A stretch of 64,000 bases of DNA from Tubiluchus corallicola (GCA_030141605.1 JAQGDQ010001075.1:958-64957); one strand, 5' to 3'. Positions 27,390 through 42,008 are shown, numbered from the stretch's first letter. Program-made: numbers and translations. Notes: generated by a model from the sequence alone, not told the origin.

Positions 27390-28656
27390 CTGAAATGAAA
27401 AATAAACACTTAGTTAAAATACCCTTACCCACACTGCCAATTATCATATGGTAAATTAGCAAGTCATCATCATAAACACTCTTAGGAGTGTTACGTTATC
27501 TACACCGCAAACCTTAAATTTAAGAAAATTATAGAAAATTAACGAATGTAATTACCGGGTGTCTCGAAAGACCGTCATTAGCTTTAGATAATCATTAAAA
27601 TAGCAATGCAAAAATAACCAAAATGACAATTTAATCGCGGAATCTGCGATTCATGAGAATTTGGAGGCACCATACTTGGATTCATTAATTTTACACATCT
27701 GTTTGACAGTCAGCATTGTATTAAAAGAAAACGGCGCAAAACTTCAAATGTCGACTCAAGAAAATTCTGAAGTACTAACTAAGAGTTTGCCACAGTACAC
27801 TATAGTTGGTTAATTAGTTCAAACGAAAACTGAAAGCCAATTTGGTGTGATACTTCCGAATACCCTATATTACCTCCCGGTCACATCATTTTATCAAAGC
27901 CACTGAGACACTTTGTTGTTGCACATTATTATTTTCATCTGCAGTTGTGTTGAAAACTTGTGTTTTGTTGCAGTTGTGTCGATATAGAAAATTCGACAAT
28001 ATAGGCAAGATCGAAAGGTTAAGGTCGAAAATCACGATTCTAGCAAAAAAAATAACCATAATTTTGTCTCTATTAGATGTCCTGACGTTGACGAGGTATT
28101 TTGGTTTCATGTACAAAAATACAGGAAACCAGCCACCAATTTTGCATATGAATCAAAAGCTTTACTGTATAAATGGATTCAAATTTTATTAGATAGCAAC
28201 GTCAGCCTTAGTAGCAACAGTAGTAATAGCGCAGCAGTAGCAAAAGTGGCAATGAAGCACAATGCTAAGCGCCTGTAACGAGTAGCAAATATGACCACGT
28301 CAGTGACAGCAAAAATGACCATAACAATCTTCTATGAACGGTAACAGCAACGTGAAAGAAATCATTGAGTTGGCTACTATAGTTAAGCCCAAGGTGACAA
28401 CTAAGAGATGATTTCTGATTGTCTATGGTACCATACTGCTTTCAGCTGTTCAGGAACTGTGTACAAACGTCCAAACATGTCTAGTATACCACTGCTGTCT
28501 AGTTTTAAATGCTTTATCCTTAACGATCAGTGACGTTCCGGTCCTACCACAACCGTTTTACATTAGTAGTTGAGCTGTAGAGTCGTCGAGCTTGCAGTGT
28601 GCCGATCTGTATAAGAAATGGCAACAATCTGAGCTACAGAACAGCAGCGACAATCC

Positions 28657-28770
<114 letters not shown>

Positions 28771-31159
28771 TTCACACTCCCTCGTTAGTTATCTCCCTTC
28801 ACATTTCGCTTTTCACAGAGTGTTTCACGCGGTTTTTATAAAGCTAATTCATATTTAGCTTCCTTTATATATGTAAGCTTACGAGGTAATGCTGCATCTA
28901 CAATTAAGCACAGGTGTAGTAAGTTAATTTGTGTGAAACACACAAATTTATTTTTGGTACTACTCACACGTATACCTTGTATACGTGTGAAGAATTATAG
29001 ACACTAAAATTTTTTACAGAACTCAGTCGGGGTTTAAAAGATCTATCACATCTATACAGAGTCAGCCAGACTTAACTTCTTGAAACAGTCATTTGAACTG
29101 TCCTATAAATATTATAGCAAGTTTATTAACTTGCGTTTTTATCTGATTTTCAACGCCTCCAAGCATGTCTAGATTCAGTTTATGCTGCCATATTAAAAAC
29201 GTGTTTGTATTTTTGAGGTTTGCTAGAGATAAGTAACATTATTATAACAGTAAACTCTATTTTACGCCTCCAAAATAAAAAATCTACAACTTTCTTCTGT
29301 GCGAGTACAGATGCAGTCGTTAAAATGACAACGGCATACAAAAAAAACAAAAAGCCGCGACAGAACAAGAACGCAAAACAATTTTGTATCGCAATTGTTT
29401 CGCGCTTTGTCTTCGCGTATATCGCTGTCGATCTCTGATTGACTGTCGCGCTGTTGTTGTTTCAAAAAATATGAAAAACTATTTGTTTCCAAGAACATGT
29501 ATTTTGTAAAATCAAGTGCTGTTTTTCGCACAATTTTTCTATTATTACACGAAACTTGTTTCCTCTTGCTGTCGTGGTTATTGCGTTTGAAGTAGCAGTA
29601 GTTATTGCTGCTGCTGTTGCCGTTGCCGTCGTCGTCGTCTTCGTCATCATCGTCGTCGACGTCATTTCTTTGTACACAGACTTCAACTACGTCTACTCTT
29701 TGTTATAGATAAGCATTTTGGCTGCTGTTTTATGCTTTTCACTTTTTGTGCAAAAAGTACAGTAGCAGACTTAACGGTTTTTGTTTCTTGTTTTATGTAG
29801 TATTGTGTCAGTAGTGGAGCGCGAGTCTTAAAATTAATTAATATACATCTTAAAAGCCCGAGATCCTTGCCGCGCGGTATAGAAATTGTTATTTCTGTCT
29901 AACAAAAAGCAGATTTGATATTGCTGCCAAAATCTAACATTCACGGGTCAAACTAAGAGGAGGAAATTGCATTATATAATAGAAGAATTTTTAATTTAAA
30001 AAGTTAGACAAACACCAAACTTACAGCTAAACGTTTGCTTTCTATTGTTGTAAACCAAATCTACGCCCATTGCTGGTTACCCGAGGTTAAACGTCAAAAA
30101 GTTCAACTTCGGCTGCAGTTACGTACACGTAATTAACGGATTGTTCCTACTTTAGCTGTAAGCAGAAGTGTCTGAAGTTTCAGTACATGTATACTATCAG
30201 CATACGAACCTGTTTGCATTATAAAACGAGACATATAGCATGTTTATATGAATTTGTATCTCTAAAGTCAAATTTCCCGAACCTTGAGCGGCGGGTTTTG
30301 AAACCGATGTGGTTAAGAAACTTCACGTCCACAATAACGAAAGGTCAACAAAAATCTAACGGTTAAAGCATCTGTGAGCGTATAACTGATTCCAGTTTTA
30401 GACGAATGTGTGTCTGACAGTGTCTACGTGCCTTTCTATTCGTATGCTTCCGATCTATTATAATAGAATAATACAACTTTTTCGAGCCGAAGTGTTACCA
30501 CCAGGCATGTTCGTGTAGTAACCCACGTGCTCGGCTTAACTAATGCGGACACATAATCGACTTTCTTGACGTCATATGATGGCAAATTGAAAAAAGTAGA
30601 AACAAGTTATAAATTTGTAGGCGACTGTGACTGTTTTCGAGTTTCCATGCAAACTTGCTCAAAATTATTTGTAACAAAATGCCGGAATACCTGCAGGAAA
30701 GAGCGCCATGACTATTAAACAGTTGTGAAAATCATAATTTTTATCATTTTTTGCGTGGACGAATTCAATAGCGCACCCCGCATGTCTTTGCGCCACATGA
30801 GTTCACTATATCAGCATTAGGACTTTCTAAATCCATTCCTTGAGAAACAACCATTTTTGCGTTTTTAGACATTCTGCCTACATTTTTGCCGACTTAACAA
30901 ATAATCCTGGCCAATTAATCAGAAAAAAGGATAGAAACTTGCTACTACCTCGCACAGCGGTGATGACGTATGTGTAAACAAATGTAACAATAAAGTATGT
31001 CAAAATCTTCAGAGAAAAACGATGCCGAGATAAATAATCTAAAATCACATTCTCAGTGCTCCGAGTGGCTAATTCCTTGATTTTAGCGAACATTCTTGAA
31101 TAAACCAGAAGGATGCATTCAGCCGACTATCAAACTTTCATGCACTTTATTAAATGTAA

Positions 31160-31403
31160 CAGCAATCCTGAAAAACTAGGGTCAAATATGGCAGCAATCC
31201 GGAAAGACTAGGGTCTGTCGGTTTGAACTCCGCTTTGCAACAATAACTGCCCTCGTCTGCTCTCATCACGGAAATGATAACAACAAAACTAGCGCGAGGC
31301 CATTCCGCACAGGGTCGTTAGTCGGTGCCTCTATAACAATTCACTTAGAAAAATGCGTAATCAATCGGAAAACATTTTCTTTGTGTGACCCTTAGTCTTG
31401 CGG
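31160..31403. repeat. Short direct repeat plus inverted repeat (possible small MITE)
   Basis: cagcaatcc(t/g)gaaa(a/g)actagggtc occurs twice, 32 bp apart. gacccttagtcttgcgg at ~31386 is an imperfect inverted copy. Confidence 0.4.
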
Positions 31404-34400
31404 TCATTATATAAACACTGCAAGTCAACCAAGTAACATGAAACTAAAAATAGAATGTATGCGTGATAAGAAAAATTGGACAAAAAAGCAGCCTTTTGTC
31501 CTGATAGGTACCTGACATTAGAAAAGTAAAACCAGTTCAGTTACCTCGTTTGTACAATTTTCCTTGGGCAGTTTAAATGTTACTGCTTGAACGCTGCTGC
31601 CACTGAACTGGAACTGTTAAAACTAAAATACTTTTTTTCTGCTTCGTTAGTAAACGATAACAAATCAGATAGTTCTTATCATTGATATACTGACATACGA
31701 GATTAAAACGATCATAAAGACGTGATACAAATGTTAATAATAATGATGAAAAAACGTTAGAGAAAACGCGGTAATAGCGACATGGTAAAGACGGAGGTTA
31801 TAACAATGATGATGAAATATGAAAATGATTAAAGGTAATGACGACGAAGATGATGATAATAAAGACCACGACGAATGTTGATGATGACAATCTCAATGAT
31901 GCCGAAGCTAATAATGGTCAATAGATCTATATCATAAATAATGAACTGGTGATGAACATGGTGACAAATGTACATTGATAATAAAACCTTTTTCAGTTGC
32001 AGTCAACTTCAGAGCCAGATTAAAAAATAGATAAAATCTTTATTTGCCAATCAGAATCTTACTTAATCTTACTTTACCAATTAAAATAAGAATACTGGTT
32101 ACTACTAAGTTTCTCACAATTTTTTCCTAAGACGCAGTTGCATAAACCTAGTATGCGGTTCATTTTAAGCCACTTCTAGCGCTTCGTTAATGCGCATAAA
32201 AGTTGATAAACGATAATACAATTATTATCGGTTGTTTCCCGAGTATCATCCTGTATTAACTAATGAAGCACGCGAAGTGCAGAAAACTATGCAGCAGTTT
32301 TGAAAAAGTTATCAAATTTTTAGTGTTTTTAATTACAAAGTAATCTACGACTTAAGTATTCCACACATTCTTTCTATTCATTTTATTTTTATTAATATTT
32401 TACTACACATAAACTAACTAACTATTTAAAGTAGTTTAGCATGCCGGCTCTGCATTAAAAGCGATAAAAAAGGTTATTCTGGGTTAATAATGACGTGCTG
32501 GAATTCCCTTACCAGGGCTTGGTGTATCAGCCGTGAATTCCGGCGCAGTAAACGTATTTACTACAATAAACAAATTCGACACTAATATTTACTGAATAGG
32601 TTGAAAATGACATGCGTTTGGTCACGTTGCACAGGGTTTGTAAACTGAAAGGGCGTTTCTCTGTAATGTAGTATTTCGAAATAAAATAAACCGCTTATTA
32701 CAACTTTAACAACACTGCGCCATTCACCGAAAGCTCCGCTAAAAAATTCCACTAAAGATTAAAGCGCGGTTTCACTAGATCTCCACCAAATTAAGTTAAA
32801 TGCCTCTTAATAATAGCCAGATGGTGATTACTTTTAGCAACTTCAAAAACATTTTTATAAACTTTCTGGGGTTGATCAATTTAATTCAAGTCGAGACGGC
32901 TAGGCCCACACAAAGCTGTACTACTCAATGCAGTTTTTGGTGACCTCTCCTTCAATTATTATACTTGGATTAATTGCAAACTGTGTACGTGCGAGCTCTC
33001 ACATTCCTCATTTACTAAACTTGCTCTACTTTGCTTAGTGCTCCCAGCTAAAAACTAGCGCATTCTAGAAACCCAGACAGAGACGGTAGAAATTCCGAAC
33101 TGCAGAAGAGTTCAAACTTTTTGTAGAAGAATTACTGGTAAACGAAACAAGTGTCACCGAGATAAGAGACACTAGTATTATTAAACACATCTGTATGCCA
33201 CTAATTCTACACTTCAGTTTAAGTTGTTGTTAATATATTACTGGTAATGCTACTTACAACATTTCGACAATAATAAGTTTAAAAGTTAGACATGTTCATC
33301 TGTAAACATACATAAAATGATGAGTTTGTACATCAGTACCAAAAATTTGTTTTTCGTTTAATCAGAATGAAGCAAACGAATTCCCTTTTCGATACGCTGG
33401 GCCAAAACACAAGCCAGATTGAGCTAAAACACACACCAAATTCATTTTTAAAGTAGCAGTATGGCAAACCCTATTAGAGTGGCGTACTAAGCTGCAGAAA
33501 TATTTCTTGACTACGTAATAATCAATAATCGATAATTATTAATTTGTTAAAAATATAAGTAACATGCAGCAAGATCATAAAACTTGCATGTACCTCTTAC
33601 ATAACATATCCGGAAGGCAAACAAGCGAGGTAGTTGCAGACTCACAAACATTTGCTAAACAGGTACTATATGTATCTAAACAAATATTTTGGCGGAATTT
33701 CGTCATTGTTCTACTTTGGCCCATGTAGAAGTCAGAAGTCACATACAGGTAAACGAAAAAGTAACACATCAAGTTAAAAACCTAGGACTAGCTCAGCATA
33801 TCGCCGTTAAAAATATGTGGCAATTATTAGTTGAAAGTAATCTTGACATTTACTTGCCCTACAGTAAATCTCAAGATACAAAGATTTTACAACAAAGGCA
33901 ATCGTTTAGCTAATAAAACGAAAAACAGCTCAAAAAAGAAAGGTTTTACTAAGCACCGATCGTTTTTGTGTAACCATTATGTTCATATACTAGTGTATGA
34001 GGGAACTATTTTTCGAGGAGGGAGCTAATAGGCTAAGAGAGAAACACAATTTACGTACTTAAAAACGTCTTTTTGAACCGGCGATTAACGCCTTAACGCA
34101 TTTCGATTTTCCAGGCTATTGTCAGGTGATTACGCGTCATTGCGTGGGGTGGGAAGAAGAGGATGTGTGTGGAATGATGAATTTGATTATTCCTGCACGT
34201 ACCGGGAAGTCTGTTGCAATTGCGTTTACATAGTGCCGGCTGCCTTACGCCCGTAAGATGGGATTACAAACTTACGCGCAAGCGGGGGTGTGATAACATT
34301 TACACACTGCATTCCAATAAGCTTCCCATTGCTAGCTTATGCACTAGTAAAAGCGCGTGTGCGTTGCAGTCGGCACGGAGGCAAGATTCTTTTTATCAGT

Positions 34401-34798
34401 GTGACACAACACTGAGCAGCATCCACAACGCGTCTTTGCTTCCTCTAATGCGAAAACTGACGTTGTTTAATCAGTGCCGACCTTAGAGGTGTGCGAACAA
34501 TGCCCATAACACAGGGTTAGCACAGGGCCCATAACATTAGGGTCCCGAATATTCAGGAGAAATTTACGGTTGAAGACCTAACGATAATTTTGTTTAACTT
34601 TCACTTGATGATTTTGGCCACTTTGTTTTTCTTAACGAAACAATGTGTGTTACTTATACACCTGCATTGGATGGTTTATATAGCTGCTTAAGTTTAAGGT
34701 TTTTATCATACTACAATTGCCAAAGATTACTGACGACGATGAGACAGGCGGCGTCAGTTATCAAAATGAGAAATAAATAAACGGTTACGCCTACTCAC

Positions 34799-34902
34799 TT
34801 GAGAATACAAGTACCCATCTTCATTAACTGCAAGAAATCTGCCTGACATTAGACCTTGTACTCTTACAATACCAAGATTGACTGAGGTTATCTCCATTAA
34901 GG
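34799..34902 (-). CDS. FGF: Fibroblast growth factor, middle core exon (104 nt)
   Basis: tttttgtttcag|CC...TCTCAA|gtgagt. Encodes (A)LMEITSVNLGIVRVQGLMSGRFLAVNEDGYLYSQ. The 104-nt length with phase 1/phase 0 ends is the typical FGF exon-2 structure. Confidence 0.95.
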
Positions 34903-35079
34903 CTGAAACAAAAAGCTGTATTTTCAGTGCTAGCAAAAATGATCAAATAGCTTTCTAGAAGACGTTTAGTCTAATTATAAACAATGCAGAATAAAAGGAC
35001 ACAACGTTTCAGTTCACAACTGTAAACGGACTGCAAAAAGCACATAATTACTAATACTAATAATAATGATGATTGGTTT

Positions 35080-35900
35080 AACCCGAAGATATTCTGGAAA
35101 AAGATTTTTGGGGCAAAAGAATTCTTAACTGATTGGTACCTTGCGCAGAATTAAAAAATATAAATTGAAACAAGTGTGAAACAAGTGAAACAAATATTAA
35201 GTAACAATAAGCTAAATTTATAAAATTTTATTCTTTTCAATACTCCTTGCCACGAGATCGTAAATTCTCCTCTCTGCTCAAATACAAATAAGGATTTTTT
35301 GCACCAAATTTAAAAGAATTGTACGCATACAAAGTCTCCTGCAATTCAAGTGATAAATTCGATTTTCGAGAAACTTCTCGTAACTTAGAAACTCGTCCTA
35401 AAGAACATATTCATAACATGTTAAATTAAACTTAGCACTGCCGATAAAGAACTGATCATTCTTTTAGCTTCAGCAGTAGGAAAATCATTTTCTTTTTTAA
35501 AAATATAACCAACAACACATTGTTGAACCCTTGAATCCCTTTAATTAAAAATGCCTGATTAATCTATTTGAAGGAATGAGTTTTCCTTTATAATATTTTG
35601 CCGTGACGTTACCGTCTCACTTGGTTGCCCAAACTTCATCGTATCTTAGAGTCTTCGTTTAACTCTCTGTTTTAACGAGTCTTACCCTTAACAACTTTTA
35701 ACCCAACGAAAGTTACAATTCTGAACACTATTCTCACCTTTATACCACAATTTTTTTCGTAAATCTGTTTGTTGTGATAACATGCGACAAAAATATTCAT
35801 TTCTCTCAATGCCTTATCCTGTTTTGCGTACCACCACTACTTGCAGAAATTTCTCCACCTGTGTAATTATACCTTTCTGCCAGAAGTTGTATCAGTTGTC
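35080..35900 (-). mobile_element. Possible highly decayed LINE 3' fragment in the FGF intron
   Basis: Weak minus-strand remnants (WVKS, LKQRVKRRL.D, VSKLR) recall LINE ORF2 C-termini; not securely assignable. Confidence 0.25.
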
Positions 35901-36325
35901 ATATACTGCTTTATGTGGCATTTAGTAGCGCTTTTTCAGCGTCTTTATTTGCTTCTGTTTTTTCTTTCGTTTACAAATTGTGGATTCTGTGCTTTACTAG
36001 TGATTGTGTTATCATTAAACAAATCAATGATCTTTTGTGCTTTTTTGTTTTTTCTCTTTAGTCAGAATATAATTCATAGTAGTGTCCTTTCATTTTTATG
36101 CCATTTTTGTTATTCGCATTATGAATAAATTCCGAGCAACTTTTAGTCTATTGTCATTAAGAATGAGAACTAACTTATGTATGACTGATTTAAGTACTTT
36201 TTAAAAATATGGAGTACTTTGTTATGAATTTTAATAAAGCTTGCTGTACTGTTCTAACGAATATAGAAAGGTTTCTATAAGGACAACCAAGCGAAAGCCA
36301 TAAATGTCGTTCCTGCTGGGTCATG

Positions 36326-36408
36326 TTAAGCCTGTAGTTCAAATTGCAGAGCATAGGAGTTCTAACCCCAAGGTCCCAGGTTCAAGTTAGACTGAGTTAC
36401 ACTTTTTT
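36326..36408 (+). pseudogene. tRNA-Arg(TCT)-like pseudogene or tRNA-SINE head
   Basis: A-box-like tagttcaaattgcagagca, anticodon loop gttctaa, aaggtcccaggttcaagt (B box), then a T6 run. The T and acceptor stems pair poorly, so it is not a functional tRNA. Confidence 0.65.
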
Positions 36409-36687
36409 CAGAACCGCCTTTCGACTCAGTAGCCGCTACGTTAGTGGTTGTATGAAAATTAATCGCGATGCTTTATTAATTTCTGGCGTTCAAGATCATA
36501 ATCAAATTAATGATGATGTTATTTGCAGCTGATCTATTAGTGTCATTTAATCTTCATTTTGATGTGCGTCATTCTGGTGTAAAGGATTGTTGATCATTAA
36601 TCCTTAATAAATATTACTGATTATTACACATTAGTAGAATACATTAGCAGTAATAATTACTAGTGGTTTAAATAATTATGATCTTAC

Positions 36688-36815
36688 CGTTTGGATTTTC
36701 AATTAAATGTGTCCCGTGCACAGTCCCGTCTTTCTCAATAACAATGTTAAACCCTGTCCTACTGTGCAACTGTAACACTCTTTCACTGCCGAAAGACCAG
36801 GGTAGAGACCTGCCT
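36688..36815 (-). CDS. FGF: Fibroblast growth factor, first core exon (internal; start codon lies upstream)
   Basis: Branch-like actaat, acceptor tcttcttacag|A and donor AACG|gtaag. Translation GRSLPWSFGSERVLQLHSRTGFNIVIEKDGTVHGTHLIENPN matches the FGF motif R.QLY.RTGF.L.I..DGTV.GT. The phase-1 junction is in frame with the next exon. An in-frame TAA just upstream shows the 5' end is spliced. Confidence 0.92.
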
Positions 36816-38739
36816 CTGTAAGAAGATCGTTAAAGTAAATTAGTTTCAACGAAGCAACTTTTAAAGCGGCTGCACTCATGAGGCTATGAAGTTCCGGGCA
36901 CCGCTTGTGTAAATGAAGTTTTCAGTTGAGGTAGGTGCAATTTCACAGACCTAAGTATATGGGGTCGGTAAATTAATATGTAGCACCCTTTTAAAATTGA
37001 ACTGCAAATTAACAAATCTGTCATTGGTACCGTAACAATTAAATGCTAATTTGAAGTAAAACTGTGGACCACAAAATAAAAAGTATCAGAATAAAAAAAA
37101 CAAAAATGAAAATGTGAACATTAGCGTTAACAACACGAAACTAATACTTGCTTTGTGAAAATACTCTGGTAGATTAGAACTATCAGGAGAAGAAGTGCGT
37201 CCATGCTCCGAGCAACAGATTCAGATTACGAAACATTCTGCTTAGACTAAGAGCGTCCAAGAAACCCATTACGTCAGCAAGTAAAGCGCAGGCTTATTTC
37301 AGCCTGAAGACAGTCGCTGAATATTATTATATTCCGGATTCTGGCTGAATATCTGAATAGTTCTTCAATGTTCCCGTGAATCGTGAACCAGTTTTTTTTC
37401 ACTACGTCGTTTCCGGGACGCCGGTGTGTCTTTTACGGAAGAACTCGAATTCCGCGCACTTTGATTATTCGATGTTGAGCCACTCTTGACCGCTTTATGT
37501 TTGCCAAGTACGTTCTATCGCTTTACTTTTAAACCTCTAAAGACTTAACTCTCTACTGGCAGGCATCAGAAATGTGACCCCCTGTCGAGTAATATTATAC
37601 CTTTTCGAGTGCGTTGATACTGAATCTTGCTGTGTATGATTAAAAATAGCCAGCTAATACACTGCCTAGAAATTATGCAAGGATGTTGTAAGATCATGTT
37701 TCTATCACTGGCGTGATATATTTGAATTAATCTAAGTAAAACCTCAAATGCATGGTGCATTATCCTTGCGTTTTCGTAACACAAATAAATTTGAAAAGAG
37801 CAAATATTTTTTATTTTGTCTGTCCTCATTTCAAGCATTTTGATCTTTAACAAATAGAAACGCAACAGTTTAACCTTAAAAATAACTAACTGTGATTGTA
37901 CATCCAAACGAAAAAATGCAGTAGAAAAAATAAAAGAAAGAAAAAATCTCTGGACTAGATAAAATGTCTACAAATAGTCCTTGGCGTTCTTCACTGCATA
38001 AACTCAGTAGTAAGTTAAATTATCAATACAAATGACGTTTCTCTGCGTGTGATCTATTTTCTACTGCATCAAGGTACCAAGCAACGCGTGCTTTTTATAA
38101 GTGAGTGTCATTGACACTAATAACCACTACCGCTAAGGTGAACTTTATCTCGCAGGTACAACTTTCTCACCTGTCGCTGTCTGCTTCAAAATAATTTCCG
38201 CTGTTTATCAGAGATTTAGTCAATATTGAAAGTTTGTTACTTGCCGACAATTTCACCTTAGGTGTGACACTTTCAGACCGTCATATGGCCTAATTATGCT
38301 TGTAAATATCAGAAATTGGTTGGTGATTAAAATTTCTCAACGTACAGGCATTCCTCGCCTACATATATGCCCCAACGCCGGAAACACTGTTCATACATGG
38401 ATTGTACGCTAAATAAGGACCATGTTGCCCCTAAGAGAATTCCTTTTCGTACCGCTTTGAGCATACTAATAAGACAAGGAAAGTTTAAAATTTCTTTGAC
38501 CTCTGGCCTGGCTAATAGCAGCTCGCTGCGTATCTATAGTGAACAGCAAAGAGCCGCAGCATCTTCTATGTCGATATGAACTGGCTGGCAGCGAAAAGAG
38601 AACATTTTCGCTTATACAAGTGACAATAGAAATCTGCTTGACATAATATGCCTCAATAGACAGTTGAAAATATGGCATGACGCCCCCACCCCAAAAAAAT
38701 CCTACAAAAATCCTACAACGACATTCATAGTATCAGATG

Positions 38740-39122
38740 TGCTTAATGACAAATCCAAATTTTACCATTTTCTGCTTACTGGAAATGCCTAATTTTCAAG
38801 ATAGCGGTAAAGTTGACCATTAGATAATGAAAATGCTTATTGCTCTTTCATTGTTCGCTCTAGGAAAGTAGTTATTGCCCATGTTTTATGGATCGAGAAA
38901 TCCATTTCGCATATTTAAATTACAATGAAGTGATTACAAAGTGGTAAAATTCAAGATGGTAGACCAATATACAAAAATGTGCTTTGTCCTTTCAATATTC
39001 ATCATAGACAAGCAATTTTTGTGTCCAATCACATGTTGTGGGATATCGACCAATCAATTTGCACATTTAAAAACAACGAAGTGATTACAAAATTGCAAAT
39101 TTCAAGATGGCTAACCAGTACG
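38740..39122. repeat. Degenerate ~150-bp tandem repeat with a TTCAAGATGG core (transposon-associated minisatellite)
   Basis: acaa(t/c)gaagtgattacaaa...ttcaagatgg..acca at ~38922 and ~39074, plus a weaker copy ttcaagatagcg at ~38795. Confidence 0.6.
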
Positions 39123-39128
39123 CTCGTA

Positions 39129-39283
<155 letters not shown>

Positions 39284-39469
39284 GAATTTCAGTCCTGAAT
39301 CCATGTTTTGGCGTTACTTGAACTGTATCCTGTACAACTGCTCCAGGATAGGCAACTGCAATGGACCATCTGCATGAGGCTTTCTGGAGCAGTAGTTTTC
39401 TAGGTCATTACTGACACCTACCACTCTCGAGACCCCTAGAGAGTGAGACATTCTGGGTTAACAAATGAC

Positions 39470-39600
39470 AATACACCTAGTATCCAAATATTCTATGCGA
39501 CCAATTACCCGTGTCCAACTAGCCTGTGTGACCAAATTCCCTATGTGTCGAGATAGCCTTGTGTCCAAATCACCTTGTGTTCAATTGACCTATAACATCC
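39470..39600. repeat. Array of degenerate 16-17-bp repeats (tgtgtccaaatnacc), like a DNA-transposon subterminus
   Basis: About seven copies, e.g. gtgtccaactagcc, gtgaccaaattccc, gtgtccaaatcacc, gtgttcaattgacc. Confidence 0.55.
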
Positions 39601-41549
39601 TTGACCTTCTGACATCCATAAAATAATAATATAGTAAATAAAATAAATCAAAACATTAAATTATTGTTGATCAATAAAAATAGTCATAATTAAGGGCGCG
39701 CAAGAGACGCACATAGATATATGGATAAATGAGCTAAATATTTAAAGATGCACAACATTACGAGAAGATACACAACATTACGAATTATACAAAACTCAAC
39801 ATTACAACGTCATAACATTGCAGCATTTTGCGTGCCATTTACAATTCAATCAGCCAACTCAACAATTTTATTCGCAATCAAATGAATAAAAAAATGTCGA
39901 AATTGTGCTATTGACATTTTTATTTACTCACATGAGGCGAAGGCAGTGGTCGAAGTTAAGGTGGCGCCGAGATGGATCAGAGGGTGGAAGCTTTCGTTTT
40001 CCGTGTTGATTCTGACTGTTTACTTCGCCAAGGAAGGATGTATACACATCCGAATTTGATTACAATACCTTTATCGGTTCAGTGGCTTGTAAGGAGGCTT
40101 GATAAAGAGTGAGGGCATGTCTTACCACGACTATCCAGTTAAGTAGCCGCCGTTAAACGCTAGTTTCCGGTTTGTAGAATTCCGAATTGTATGAAAAAAT
40201 TTACTCATCCCTTTACCTTGATTAAATTTGAATAAACCACTAGGCAACTGGTCTTTACTGATACCAACTCTTCCGGTACATTACATTAGTGCGATACGTT
40301 ACCAGTAATTCTGCTTCTCATACAATAAAGCGTTATGAGAGTCCTTGTTAAATAGTTACAAATGTACTAATTCTTGACACTAATGTTAATTAATATCACG
40401 ACTGCTTGTTGTTTATTCTGTAAAGTTGTTACTTAGACGGAACTTGGTCTGAGTGGAACAGTTTACATACATGGTGACCGACGGAGTGATCCCAGCCGAG
40501 GCTGGTGAGTCAAGTGCCAGTGAATTAAGTCCGCCGATTCTAGATTCTTGCTAGTGCGATAAATGCAAGGCCGGAACGTTTTAGCGTAGGCTTATGATGC
40601 GTAAGTTAATTTGAAATGCATGAATTAACTCATTCCACTTGCATACCTACATCTTAAATTATTATGACGGTATTGCAAATAATAACTGGTTAATAAATTT
40701 TGGATGAATCATGTAGTATCATCAATCTACATTACTATAGGCGCATTAATCGTCTTGCAGAGTTTTCACATTGCATTTAAACTGCATTTGCATTGCATTT
40801 ACATTGCATAGCTTGCCAATACATTTACCTAAATCTTTAAAAAATGTCGCTAACAAGGCATCAACACGCCATGTCGCTTGTGCACTTATTCTGACACTAT
40901 AACACTTTTCGAGGTTTGAATTCGATTACCGGTTGATTCTAGAAAAAGGTGACTTGTATATTAGATACTTTTTTACTTGATTTAAAGTTCTGACTCACCG
41001 TAGCGCTTGCTGAAATCAATTGCATTGTTTCGCGATGTCAATAATTTTGCAACAAAACTGTGGGGCTGTTTTATTTTTGTTTTTGGAACAAAATTCTTGA
41101 ATGACCGCAAAAGCTTTGCTGTTCACACTCCACTCAAACTAGCCCAGAAAATGTATGACCGCCGACGCTTCTTTAATGTCAAAATAATTTAACTAGGTAG
41201 CATTTAAGATGGCATAGATGTATTACCAGCCGATACATGGTCTATCGGAAAAATGGCGTTTTAAGGTTATTTAAGGTCAAGGTCATTCAAACGCCTATTT
41301 ATCCACGGTATAGTAAAAAAACTCAACTAGGAAGCATTTTAGACTGGATAAATGTACTACCAGCTGATATAAACCTGCGTATGGCCTATCAGAAAAATAA
41401 TGTTTCTATGTCATTCTAGGTCAAAGTAATTCAGAGTGGCTACAGACGCAGCATTAAAATCACAACAACTCATTTAAGAAGCATTGTAGATTGCACAAAT
41501 GTATTAACAGCGGATCTAAAAGTACATATGCTTGCTTACACTACCGATA

Positions 41550-41794
41550 TAGTTGTCCGCCGAGACCTCGTGATTCCTCTCTTGACGCCTGAGATGGCTG
41601 TGGAGACCAAACTGTGATAGCGCTGCTTGGAACAAACTGAACGGCAAAAGACTGCCTTTGCTGATAGTCACAGATTGTTGCAAGCTATTGATTGCGATTG
41701 TTGCTTAACTTCTGCAATTTGAATTTGAGATGATGTTCTTTTAGCCTGCTTTCAGCTTTCATCGGGCGTCAAGAGAAGTCATGGCGGACAACTA
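41550..41794. mobile_element. MITE with TAGTTGTCCGCC TIRs and TA target-site duplication
   Basis: ta|tagttgtccgcc ... ggcggacaacta|ta, plus the subterminal inverted pair tctcttgacgcc / ggcgtcaagaga. Confidence 0.85.
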
Positions 41795-41804
41795 TAACAG
41801 ATAA

Positions 41805-42008
41805 CCGTAGTTCAGACGTAGAGACTTCTATCACAACTTGTTGCAACGTGTGAACGGCTTGGTAACTTCTCTCGCAACTTGTTGCAAAGTGTGAAGAGTT
41901 TCGCAACTTCTCTCACAAATTGCTAAACCGTTCACACGTTGCAACTTTGTTCTCAGAGAGGACTTGCGCAACAAACTGCGAGAGAAGTCTCTACGCCTGA
42001 ATGCGCCA
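41805..42008. mobile_element. PIF/Harbinger-like MITE with TAA duplication
   Basis: ttcagacgtagagacttctatcaca vs tgcgagagaagtctctacgcctgaa (inverted); internal inverted pair ttgcaacgtgtgaacgg / ccgttcacacgttgcaa; taa on both flanks. Confidence 0.75.

Noticed and set aside
34754-34936. ORF-track 60-aa ORF as a standalone gene
   Set aside because: Only 34799-34902 is coding (FGF exon); the flanks are intron.
39470-39600. CRISPR-like short repeat array
   Set aside because: Repeats are degenerate and abut without unique spacers; eukaryotic context and no cas genes.
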